From the NCBI RefSeq assembly GCF_025526975.1, contig NW_026515682.1:558001-622000 (forward strand): 64,000 bases of DNA, read 5' to 3'. The position numbers were made by a program, and so were the translations under genes. The notes beneath the pieces were generated by a model, which saw only the letters and a program-made list of their open reading frames with translations, made no database searches and had not been told where the DNA came from. Positions 21,890-34,800 of this stretch are shown here, piece after piece (the stretch's first letter is position 1; each line of letters begins with the position of its first letter). This stretch comes from Fimicolochytrium jonesii. Its lineage: Eukaryota.

Positions 21890-24800
21890 TGTGGTATGCA
21901 GGGAAAATGTGTATGTATTTGGTTAAGGAGTAAACCTTCGACGCCGCGAGCGGGCGGAAGAAGAGAAGAAGAGATACAACATGAGAACACGTGAGTCACA
22001 TAACTACATATATAAACTAAATAAACTACACGTGGGGAAAGGTGTGGAAGTCCACCCAGGGTTCCGCACCACACCACATCCTCCCCCTGCCTCCGTGGGC
22101 TAAGCGAGTGCCAGAAGAGGTGTTTCCGATTGAGATGGACGGCGCTGTCGATGGCAAGTCTGATTTGGTACTACACAGCGTACGGAAGGCAAGGTGTGAA
22201 TTGTGGAGAGGAGCCGGCCAAGAATGCATCCGAAAGAAAAAGAGTCAATGGCGAAGAAGGAGTCAAACGGCGTGTTGGTACAAACAGGGAGGTTGACGCG
22301 ACGGAAGAACGACTTGGTTAACGGGGAAATTGGTGTCCTGGAGATGTAAGAAATGAGCCGCAAACGGCGTGTCGGACGGGATCGGAGGTGTACCGGGATG
22401 AGCGTCGACAAGAAGTGGCACGATGTCGGAGTCGGCGGAAGCAGTGCTATCTGGGGTGGATGAACGTGGGAAATCATTGGCGATCTCTTGGGACTCGACA
22501 GGAAGATCGGGACCAAAAGCGTAGCGAGGAGGGTAACCAGACGGATCGGCAGACGACCGGGGGACGTGGAAGTCCCCACGGAGGGGCCGCGGAAGGCGGA
22601 AGAATACCAATCGGGTTGAACGCGGCAGGGGATCAAACGAAGATGATTCACGGGTCGACCGTTGAACGCCAGTTGACCGGATTCCTTGTGAAGCAGATAG
22701 GTATTGCCGGGGTAAGCCTTGACGACTTGATACGGGCCAGTCCACCGGGCAACAAGCTTGCGGGTTGAGGTATAACTTTGCTCCAATTCATTGCGGGCGA
22801 CAAACACCCACAAGCCGATGGCGTACGTTCGAGGAGGACGGCGTTTGGTGTTGATGCGGGCAGTTTCCTTTTTACGAAGCTCATCCGCATGTTGCAAAGC
22901 CCAGGTGCGGAGGAGGTTGCGTTCTTCTCGGTAACAATCACTGAGAAGCTCGTCAATGGTGTCTGGATCGAGCGGGGTACGGGTCAAGGTGTTGATGTTG
23001 CAATGTTGACCAAAGACCATGTTGTAGGGAGATAAGCTGGTCGTGCGCGACACATGATTGAGATACGTGTGTAGGGCGGTGTCCAAACAGTCTGGCCAAA
23101 TGGTCAAATTGGGCTCGGAAGGATTCTCCGCGCGACCCAAAACAATATGCGAGAGAGAGCGGGTGAAGTCTTGGACGAATTTCTTGCCCTTGCCGTTACC
23201 CATGGGGTGCATAGTAGACGTTGGAACTTGTTCAATCGACTTGCGCGCAGTCCAGGCGGCGAAGGCGCCTTCAAAGAAGTACTGGGCATTGTCCACAACG
23301 ACGTGGATAGGGAAGCCGTAACAAGCGCACCAGTCACGCATGGCCAGAACAATGGGCGCGCCGTCGAATGCCTTGAGAGGATAGACCCAACCATATGAGG
23401 AGGGATAATCAATGATGAGCAAGGCGCCGATATACACGTGGCGGGACTGGAAGATCTGGGCAAGCGGGTAGTTGAAGCAATCGAGCGCGAGAAGAGTGAA
23501 CAAAGTCGACGGGGGAATTATGCGAAAGAGCTGATATTGATGGGGCCTACGCATTTGACGAAGTTGCCACACATGGCAGGCGCGTATTAACTCTTTGATA
23601 TCGTTGTACATATCGTACCAAAAGTAGCGCAATGCAATCATCTGGTAAGCTGTGAGAACACCCAGGTGGCCGAATTGGTCCGAACCATGGAAAGTACGTT
23701 TGTTATGTGGGACCTCTTCGAGACGAGGAACGAGGCGCGGAGGTATGCCCGGGAGCGCCCGGCGATAGAGGCGGTTTTCGTAGAGAAAGAATTTCTTGGC
23801 CAGCGACCGGATGCGATCGTATTGAGCCGGATCGTCGTGGAAGACCGCGTGATCGCCCGCAAGGTAAGTGCAAATGCTTTTGTACGGCTCCCACCCAATG
23901 GTGATCAAGTTGACGTGAATGTCGACAGCGAACTCGGTCAATGGCGAATGGCGTAGGGCGTCCAGATCGTCGTCAACGGTCGTGGCGGGAATTTCTGGGG
24001 AATTGGCAACGGGTCGTCGAAACAGCCCATCAGCATCGATATGGTCGGCCGTCCGACGAAAGATGTATCACGGCCACCCTTGAGCTGTGGGGATGGGGTT
24101 GATAAACTTGAACCACTTCAAGATTCTCTTGTTGGGTGTCTTGACATTCTGGCACCGGATCCATGGGAGATTATCGGTGATGATATAAGATTCAAAGCCG
24201 AGATGAAGTGACGCCTTGAGGAGCCTGTAAGCGATAGCGGCGAGTTCACGTTCTGGTTGGCCGTAATGTAACTCGGCGTTGACCCAGGGTCGAGAGAAGA
24301 ATTCGCACGGTACGTAAGGTGTTTGTGCCGTGACTGCGTAATCGTCCTCGGGATTCTTGCAGTGCGCGATTACCACACCTGCGCCGGTACCGGACCCGTC
24401 AGCTGCGATGATGACGGGGCGGGCGGGACCATACGCTGAAAGCGCTAAGCTGTGATTCACGAGAGCCTTGATGTTGAGAAACGCGCGGGCATACGTCTGA
24501 CTTGAGTACCATTCCTTTTGGAAGCCGCGACGATCGGCATATTGTTTGTTGAGCAGTTTGTTCAAGGGATGCATGAGAATGCCGTAATCGGGGAGACCGT
24601 CCGAAATGAATCCCAGAAATCCCCGGAAAGACCGAATGTCTTCTTGGCGTTGTGGTGTAGGCCAGAAAAGTACAATGTCAAGCTTGCCGGCGGTAGTGGC
24701 TATCTGTCCCGACCCAACAATCTTGCCAAGCGCTGGAACACGCTGAGCAGCGATCAAGCATTTGTGTTCGGAAATGGAAGCAGTGTGGTCTTTAACAGCT

Positions 24801-27800
24801 TGGAGAAAAGCACGGATGCGGTCCAAGTGAGTGGGGCGGTGAGGATCATCGGGAGGTGCACGTAAATTGTCGTCCTCATCGCCAAGGTAGCCGTCATCAC
24901 GGAAGAATTTGGTGTGGTCTTTTGAGCAAGACGACATCGCGGAAAATGTCATTGAGTTGAAAGGAGAACCATTTGCCGGTGTCGCAGAAGCCCATGCAAC
25001 CGACAACATATTGATATATGCCGCGCGGCAAGAGGATGGAAGTAAGCCAGCGCGCAGCCACATGGAGAGGACATTGATGATATCCCAGTCGAAAATCGAA
25101 CGACGACAAGCGGCGGTATCTTGCGATGCGCTGAAGAATAGTATGAGCGGGAAGGATGGGATATCAGATCGGTTCGATCTCTGAATTGACCTTGAAGTTG
25201 GCGCAGACGCGGGCGACGCCATTTTTCCACAGAACGAGCGGAAGCAGTCTTTGGGGGTTCTTTGGCCGGTTCCAATTTGTTCCATGCAAGCATGCGGTCG
25301 AGCCATTCGTTCAACAGTTTCATATCGCGCCGTTACAAATATCGTCTAGAACTTGTTGACCATCATAATCGAATTCAACGCGCATACCCTTCACCGGCAG
25401 ATCTTCCTTTGTCAATTGAGCCATGCTGGCGACGCGAGTTTCCGAGCGGATGCGAGGAGCAGAAGGAGCGATTGTCTTGGGAACACGACCATGGGCCTCC
25501 CCGTCGGCTTCTTTGGCAGCGGTCAATTCACGAATCTGTTCGGCTTCCCCCGTCGCTCCGTGCACAGTGACCCAGCTGGAGTGCACCCGAAAATGGTACA
25601 AGGCACCCTTCCACTCGGTAATCGCGTCACAGTATTCGAAGAAAGGACGACCGAGCAGGCATTCAGCGTCCATATTGTGGATAGAGAGAACGTTGAGAGG
25701 AATCTCCCGCGATGGTGACCACTAATCCGTGCCCTTCGCCCTCGATACTAGGGGAGGTACCGTCGACCATGCGGAGCCGAAAGGCGGGATTGACTTGGGA
25801 TAGGCGCCAATGGTTCTTCTGGCGAATCTTGGCGCTGATGGCGAGCAGACAACAACCGCTATCGAAATAGCACTTGGTCATAACCCCTTGCACCGGTGCA
25901 TTGACGAAATGCGTCCCGGTTTCGGAAACATTGATCTTCAGTTTCTTGAGATGAAAGTCGATACGACTGTCGAGATCTTGGGGATCACCGGGAGGATCGA
26001 CGTCGGGATGCCAGGCACCTAATAGCGGTTCACGAAAACATAAAGCTGCACGACGAGGCTTGGGCACCAGTTTCATGGCATCGCGTAACTTCTCCCGAAG
26101 CGCGGGGCTCCATTGCAAGAGGTCCGCGAGGGTGAGGCCACAAACTTCCGTTTCGTTGAGAAACGTAACGATGTCAAACGGTTTGCGGTCGATTAAAGCA
26201 CGAATAACGGTTGGGATCCGCCCATCTTCCGGTGGTGGGGGAGTGACACTGCGCGCGGGAGATGCTGCCCGTGGAGGCGGGGACTTAGGGCGGGACGAAC
26301 CAGCAGCCGCCGGCTTGGGTTTCGGAGGTGTCGGTGGACGAACAGGCGAATCGACGTCCATGGGAGGGGAAGGGTCCTGAAAGCCAACATTCTTGGCCAG
26401 AGGAGGCGGTACAGGTACCGAAGTTCTGACGTTATCCCAAGTCGACGTGCACGCTTGATACGGTGCTTGAGAGAACGCACCGGACCGCGACGGATGACGT
26501 GTCACGGGATCCGAAGCCTTCGCCGGGGGTGGTTGAGGAACAGCCTTCGCCGGTGGTGGTTGAGGAACAGGAAGTGGTCGTTGGTTTGGTGGCCATTGAG
26601 GGAGAGGAGTCGTCGTGATATTCAACCGCTTGGAAGGTGGTAAAGCGCTCTCATCCTCAACCGCTTTTCGTTTTTCGGCTAACCATACAGCTTATTCACC
26701 GTAATCCCAAGATTGAGGTAGTTCATGGGAGAGATCGGGGCCCTCTACGCCGAGCTCCCATGCCAAAAATCCGCTTCTTCCGGTTCTTTGTAGTAATCCC
26801 CAACCTTGCGCAAGACATTCATGTAGTACTCCTGATGTTCGTCGTCGTATTCGTGATCAGGATAGAAGGAAGCGGCAAGTTGATAACCTCGCCAAGTGTC
26901 AAGCTTGGTCATCGACTTGCATTCGCGGGCCATATGGCTGGTCTGGCCGCAACGGAAACAAGAACGTTCACGTCGCTGGGGACGAAGAGACGGCGGTCCG
27001 GGGGGATACCAGTTGGCATTGGCACCCGTTTTAACCGCGAGATTCTGCATGCGCGTGGCGAGGTCATCTACCGCATTCGGAACCGCCGGAATGGTGGTCG
27101 TAGTGGTAACCGCTGCCGGCGTCGTCGCTGCGCGTGTACCGGGAGCACGAGACGGAAGGGTCGCACGCTGGTTCCATCGAGAAATAGAAGATCGCAAAGT
27201 GTCGGGGACCGCCGGACGATCTTGAGATACCGTACGGTTGCCAGCCGGAGTAGAGTAGGCTTCGTCTCGTTCGGCGTACGCAGCACAAGCGCGCACCAAG
27301 TCGGTAACCGGGATGCTGTTAAAGTTCGGGAGTGCGAGGGCATACGCGCGAGTACTTGAATCACCTAATCCGCGAAGGAAGGCACGCGCAATCTGAGACT
27401 GTGTCAGCTCCGTGGAAACCATAGCAATATGTTTGTTGAGATATTCGAGCTCGTCGACCATTGAAAGGAACGAGCTACCATACTGTCGGACGGTCTGACC
27501 TTCGGCACGGGAGAAGGACTGGATGCAATCCGCAACGAGGGACGAATCACGATCGACCGACGAGGCACATTCCAAGACCATATCGGTACGAACCCGGGCC
27601 CAATCTTGATTGTTGCCTTTGTACGCTGTGTACCAAGTCCACGTTAAGGTGTCCTTGTCGTCGAGAGCCTGGGACAACCACCGAAAGCGATCCTTTTCTT
27701 GTACGCCGCACGAGTCGGCAAGACGATCAAACGTACGGAGCCATTGAAGAATGCGGCAGGAATCTTGATTATACTTGGTGCCATCGTATTTGGGCAGACC

Positions 27801-28932
27801 TTTGGTGACTCCGGTACCCGACGCAGTGGGAGTTACGCGTTGCATCTGATCAAGAGTGCGATCGATTAAAGCCATCATCTCCTGCGGTGACGGGTTGATA
27901 GGAGTACTCTGAGGACGTAAATCGGCATCAGCACCAGGACGAATAGCACCAGCATGAACCGGCAGGAGACGGCCCGTAGTACGCTGACGATTGGGTCTGG
28001 CTTGGTATCGATTGCGCGCAGAACGCCATTGGATCGCAACGCGGGTGATATCACCGAGTTCGCGCAAAGCGAACTGAGAGGGGTTGGCGTCGATAGCGTA
28101 GCGCAAACGCAAAGCGGTGGCGGTCGGGCGTTCGAGAGTGTTTCCGGCCAAACCTTTGCAAACGGTATCAAAGTTCAGCCCCATCTCAAAACAGAAGCGC
28201 AAGAAGCCGAACGCGATTTCCTCATCCAAGTGCGTGAAAGGTCCATACAGCGCAACACCAAAGCCGTTGTAATCGATGCCGCCAGCGGCAAGATAACAAT
28301 AGATACGAGCGCGGGAAGCGTCGGAACCACAAGCGCATGCGGAATGTTCGCTGTCGGAATCGCTATGATCCGTGGGATCCTCGCGGGGGTCATGCAAATC
28401 ACTAATGACCTGAAGGGGCTCGCGCCAAGTGCCACCGTTGTCACCGAACGAAGAAGGAAAAGCGGACATCGTGGAAGCGTGTACGAGCGGGCTAGCTGAG
28501 AAAGATCTTGTGTAAACCTTGGAAGGCCGGTGGATGGATAGATAGATGGATGGATGGATGGATGGATGAATGGATGCCGGAGGAATCCGCGTGGGACTAT
28601 GGATTTTCTTAACAACAAGCGGTACGATACGGACGTTGCTGTACTTCCAGCGAGTATGCGGGAACGGGCGGATATTCGTATCTGAAGATGGTTTTTGTCG
28701 CTAGGATAGGCAAAATAACTCACTTCCCCATTCTCCACCAGAATGTGGTATGCAGGGAAAATGTGTATGTATTTTGTTAAGGAGTAAACCTTCGACGCCG
28801 CAAGCGGGCGGAAGAAGAGAGGAAAAGATACAACATGAGAACACGCAAGTCACATGACTCCAGATATAAATTAAATAAACTACATGTGGGGAAAGGTGTG
28901 GAAGTCCACCCAGGGTTCCGCACCACACCACA
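21890..28932 (-). mobile_element. Ylt1-like Ty3/gypsy element F, full length but degenerate
   Basis: 189-bp LTRs at 21890-22078 and 28744-28932; 4-bp TSD ACAT/ACGT that restores the host RT frame; PBS TGGTGGAGAATG (tRNA-Ala-like); PPT AGGGGGAGGA. gag 26745-28469 with CFRCGQTSHMAREC; protease YFDSG; RT/RH 24068-25306; INT 22100-23941 with no chromodomain. Confidence 0.9.
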
Positions 28933-31869
28933 ACGTCTGCGAAGTCTTGTCCCACCTCGGCCAGCATGGGTTGTATGCCAAACCCGAGAAGTGCCAATTC
29001 AACCGCGAATCTGTCGAGTTCCTCGGCTTCATCATCTCCGAGAAAGGCATCCAGATGGACCCCAAGAAGATCGCTGCCATCACGAATTGGGAGCCCTCCA
29101 GGAATGTCAAAGGCGTCCAGCGTTTCCTCGGCTTTGCCAACTTCTACCGCCGATTCATCCAAGGCTATTCCAAGATCGCTACCCCGCTCACAGCCCTGAC
29201 CCGGAAAGACATCCCATACGCCTGGACACCCGCCGCAAACACTGCCTTCGAGATCCTGAAGAAAGCATTCACCACCGCCCCCATCCTTGCTCACCCTGAC
29301 CCAGAGAAGCCCTTCGTCGTCGAAACTGACGCCTCCGACTTCGCTCTTGGCGCAGTTCTCCTCCAACCTGACCAGGACAATCAGCTCCACCCCGTGGCCT
29401 TCCACTCTCGCAAATTCACGGCCGAAGAGATCAACTACAAGGTCTACGACAAGGAACTTCTGGCCATCCAAGACTCCTTTGCCCAGTGGCAACACCATCT
29501 CATTGGCGCCCGTCACAAGATCACCGTTTACTCCGACCATAAAAACCTTCAGTACTTCATGACCACCCGCACCCTGAACCGCCGCCAAGCCCGCTGGTCG
29601 ATATTCTTCTCGGATTTTGACTTTGTCATTACCTATCGCCCCGGTTCCCAGCAGCACCAAGCTGATGCCCTCTCCCGACGCTCCGAACATGAGCTAAAAA
29701 AGGGGGAAGAAGCGTTCCGCTCCCAGGCAACCACAATTTTGACTCCCGAACGCCTTCGACTCGCCGCGGCCTACCTCACACCCATGGATACCATGCTGCT
29801 TGACAAGATTAAGGCCGCCCAGGCCTCTGACCCCCTCGCTAAGACCATCCGCAAAGAGCTCAAGTTACCCCTTGCCCAACGGACCGAGGAAACCCAAGAT
29901 CGTATCAAGCGGTTCTCAGATGAAGATAGGATCCTGCTGCACGATAACCTGGTCTACGTCCCCACCAACGAGCTCCGAGCTGAAGTCTGCCACGACATGC
30001 ACGATACACCCCTAGCCGGCCACTTTGGGATGTCCAAGACGCTCGAACTTGCCTCCCGCAACTACTGGTGGCCCAGCCAGTGGCGCTTCGTCAAGGCCTA
30101 CATCAGGTCCTGCGATATCTGTAGCCAAGCGAAATCCAGTCAACACAAACCTTACGGCCTACTCCGACCCAACAGTATCCCTACCCGCCCTTGAGGATCT
30201 TGGTCCCTGGACTTTATCACCGGTCTGCCTCCCGTTGATGGGTACGACTCCATCCTGAAGGTCAATTGTTGCCTCACCAAGATGGCCCACTTCATCGCCT
30301 GCAGCGAGTCAGAATCCGCCAAATCCACCGCCAACCTAGTCTCCCACAATATCATCCGTCTCCATGGCCTCCCCGACGACATCATCTCTGACCGAGGACC
30401 CCAGTTCAAGTCCCGTTTCTGGCGTCGACTTCTCGAACTCCTTGGGGCAAAAGCCAACCCCTCCTTGGCCTTCCACCCCCAGAGCGACGGCCAGACGGAA
30501 CGCACCAACCAGATCCTGGAGCAGTATCTCCGATGCTTTTGCAACCACCAACAGGACAACTGGAAGCGGCTTCTGTCGTCCGCCGAGTTCGCCTACAACA
30601 ACACCCACCAGTCCGCTTCCCAGACCACCCGCTTCTACACCAACAAGGGTCTCCACCCCTGCTTCAGTTTCGCTGACTCTGCTACCTCCGAATCCGTCAA
30701 CCCCGCCGCTGAAGCCCGCGCTCAACAAATCAGGGAAGTCCATGAACAGCTTGTCCTTGAGCTCAAGGAAGCGCAAGACCGAATGAAGCGCTATGCCGAC
30801 GCTAAGCGAATTCCTGGACCAGACTTCAAGCCTGGCGACCACGTCTGGCTCCTCCGCAAAAACCTCCAGACAACCCGGCCCTCTCAGAAACTCGACCATC
30901 ACAAGATTGGACAATTTCCCATCGTTGAAAAGATCAATCCAGTCGCCTACCGGCTCAAGCTCCTGCCTACGTACAAAATCCACGATGTCTTCCATGTCTC
31001 GCTCCTTGAACCCCGCTTCACCATCCCCGAACGACACAAACCCAAACCCGCGGCCCCAGAGACCGTTGAGGGTCAAGAGGAGTGGGTTGTCGAAGCCCCC
31101 TTGACTCTCGCATCCATCGTAGTCGCCTTCAGTACTTGGTCAAATGGCAGGGCTGGCCTGACTCCGAGAACACCTGGGAGCCCGTGGAACACCTCACCCA
31201 TACCGACGCACTCCTCAAGGACTTCCACAGCGCGTACCCCAACAAGCCTTGGGAAGCTCTGTCCCCGGTGCCCCTCCTCTGCGACCACACCAAACTCGAC
31301 GCCGCGGCAGCCGCCGCTAAAGAGAGGGGTGATGTTATGGACGACGCGCCAATACCATAAGCTTACCTACTGACAGCCGCCAATGTCAACCGCCAATGTC
31401 AAACGCCAATGTCAATGTCAATGTCAGTGTCAATGTCAGTGTCACTGTCAATGTCAATGCCACTCCCCCTCTCTCCTCTCATTTCGCCAACCCTCCCGCA
31501 ATATTGCCACTCCTCCTCTCTCCTCTCATTTTGCCAATCCCCCCTCGGCTTCTCCACATCCCCCACTACTTCTCCATAGCCAGCAGCTGTAGCAATGCTC
31601 TCTACGCTCGCCACGCACGCTCTCGGAGCAAAGCTGGCGCCCCCCCAGTCCCCTCTGGTTGTTGTTGTTCTCTGATCTGCTGGGTTGCCTATCTATAAAT
31701 AGCCGGCCTCTCTTCGTCCATTCCTTTCCTCCCCAGCAGATCAACACCAGTCCTTCTCATCCCTTGTTCTAGTCTTGTCTCCTGTTTCGCCAATACAATC
31801 TCTTGTCGCCCCTCGCTCTCGCCTTGTCTTCTCTACTTCGCTTCCACCTCAGTCGTCGAGATCATAACA

Positions 31870-34800
31870 ACTTCAGACTTCCATACCTACTTCACAGTAC
31901 TACATCTCACACAACATAGAGTTTGCTCAGTCATCTGCTTCCTCTGCCGACTACTGCTAAGTGGTTATGAGCCCTGGTTTCCCCCGCAACTAGCGGACGT
32001 TCCAGGATAAAGAACTCACGGTCTCCAGTCACCGCTCTCTTAGAAAGCACCATGCCACCTCAGGATTTGACAACCCAACCTCAGAAGGTCTACGCAGCTG
32101 CAGTGACAGCCGGCAAGCCCTCCGCCCACCACACGCGGTCCCAAGGAGGAGCTCTCCTGGGACCCCTACCTGCGGCTACTAGAGGAGGAGGAAACAAAGT
32201 TCAACAACCCCCTGTTAAGAGTTCTGAATCTATTAAGCAGCGCTCTGGCATTGACTCACGTACTCCGCTTAATCAAGGCGTAGCCCGTCATGCCAACTTA
32301 CGCAGTGAACCAACACCTACCCCGCCTTACAAAAGGCCTGGTGGATTTGTGGATGAGAAGAAGAGGAAAGAGGAACTTTCCGCCACTATTGCAGAATGGA
32401 ATGACGCAACCACGCCATATGTGGATGCGCCTGAATCACGCGGACATACCGGAACCGCAAACAACCCCTTCCTGATGGATTCCATTCAGAAAGAACCTAT
32501 GCCTGTCAAGCAGGAAGAGGAGATGATTCAAATAAAGGATCAAATAGCCAATCTGACTGGATTGGTTACCTCGCTCTTGAATTCGGGCCGAGCGCCACAA
32601 CAAGGCAGACCTCCCGTCCCCTCCGTGAACCCGCTTGCTCAGTCGCCTGTGAACAGCACTCGCTCTCAGTATTCGACTAGCCCTATCCAGGAAAACGTGC
32701 CATATATGACCTCTGTGTCGCCGGCACCCCATGCGCCTCCTCAGCGCGCTATGGCCTGCTCCGTCCCATACGCTTACAAAGCCCCGGAACGGCATCCATA
32801 CTTTCAAACCCAGTCTCAAAGCCCTCCTTTCGCTGAAATTCCTCACAAAAGTGCATCTGTGAGATCAGTTACTCCCGTAACACCCCCCACGGCCGGCGAA
32901 TCAGCTTCCAAAGTCTTCATCAACACTACGCTTAGTGAACTCGGCACCTACAACGACGACCCCAATGTTACCAAGCTTCAAGGGTTCCTTGATCACATCG
33001 ACGTGATTATGAAGTACCAGATGATTTTGCCTTCCGCATGCGTAGACTTCGTCGTCAACGCGCTCACTGGACCAGCTCTCCAGTGGTGGAAAAGCCTTCC
33101 TGAAAACGAGCGCTTCTCCATAATTTCATGGCACAATATTCAAGACGCCTATGGACTGCCCCCGCAACTCGGATTACGCTCCGCGATGTTAAGGCGCTTC
33201 ATTCCCCGGACTCATCTGCCGCAAGTTCTTCACAGACTGCGCGCACTGAAGCCCAAGTCCATCCACCATCAAGGTTTAACTGAATTCGTCGCCCAGTTCA
33301 ACCTTTTGGCTGCACAACTCCCCGGGCTCCTGGAATACGTGCTCTGTGCCGACTTCCTTCAAGCCCTTCCTAAGAATCTAAGTACCCTGATCACTGCTCA
33401 GGCTCAGTACGACGATAGACTTAGCCCTTCTCAAGAAGCCGCGATTCGTATAGCCGCCCAGCTCAACAAGAAGACCCCGAGTACGCCTCAGTCGGGCGCA
33501 TCCGCTGCCCACCTTACTTCCGCTCAACCTCAGAAGAACAAGAACAAACCCCAGACTGGCGACTCTAGAGGCTCCTCCTCTACCCAATCCTCGTCTTCTG
33601 ACGCAACCAAGAAACCTCCCCAGTGCAAATACTGCCAAAGGGACGGCCACAAGTCGGAAAACTGCTTTACTTACAAAGCTGTCAAGGATATTATGGACAA
33701 GAACACGAAAACCAAGCAGGACGCACCCGCTGCAGGCTCCATGGCTTATGCCATGCACGTTCGAGTCCAACCAGCCAACCACGACATCCGCCTCTTCAAG
33801 GCGAACGTGGATTCCGGTTGTACGAATCATATGACCCCCTATATCGAGGATCTGGATCCATCTTCTCTTCAAGACTACCAACGCCTTATTGGACTCACGG
33901 ATGCGACTACCATTACCTCTCAAAAGAAGGGTACCGTACTTATCCAACCTACGTCCGGCGGCAACGTTCTCGCTCTTCGCGATGTTCTCTTGGTTCCTAG
34001 TCTTGCCCAGCCGCTTATATCTGTTGCTAAATGCACTGATAACGGCGTTACCGTCTCCTTTCACCCCACCAACGTCGTTACGTTCAATACCGACCGACAT
34101 TTACTTGCGATGGGGATGCGCGAAGGCGACGCGTACTATTTAGAAGAACGGGTTACTACCTACAAGCCCAGTGCACATGCACTGGTCGCTTCCATAACCC
34201 CCCAACTTCTGCATCAACGTCTTTGACACCCTGGAAACCAAATTCTCCCGGTTATGCCTAAGATAGTAGAGGATTGGCCTCCAGTGAGGGCTACGCCGGA
34301 CTCCGGCGCACGCTGCGATCCATGCGCTCTCGACAAAGCTACCCGCCTTACCTTCCCTAAATTGACATCCCCGCCACACAAAGCCGGCGAGCTGATTCAC
34401 AGCGATTTACAAGGTCCATTTCGGATCCACGGCATCGACGGAGAGCGCTACAGTCTCGCGTTCCTCGACGATGGCTCCGATTTCGCCCGTACCTACTCCA
34501 TCAAGGACAAGGAGGCATCCACTATTACCGCAAGGTTTATGATCTTTCATAAGTGGCTCAAGAATCAAACTGGCGTCTCCCTCAAGAACCTACATACGGA
34601 TAGGGTAGGAGAATACACTGGCGAGCTCACGTCGTACCTACACGACAATGGGATTACCCATGAGTCTACTGTCGCCTATTCTAGTCAACAAAACGGAAAA
34701 GCAGAGCGCCTCAATCGGACGTTGCTGGACCGCGTACGCGCCATCTTCGCGGACACTCACCTTCCCCGCAAGCTCTGGCCGTACATCCTGGAGGCTGTCT

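Larger units (their letters stand above)
13474..31869 (+). mobile_element. Ty3/gypsy chromovirus family C, element C1 (host of nested C2 and F)
   Basis: LTRs 13474-14025 and 31333-31869 (TG...CA). gag from 14094 with CCHC knuckle; protease to ~15790; RT 21097-21889; RT/RNaseH/INT/chromo 28933-31320; PPT AAAGAGAGGGGTGA. Flanks GGCAA and ACTTC do not match. Confidence 0.88.
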
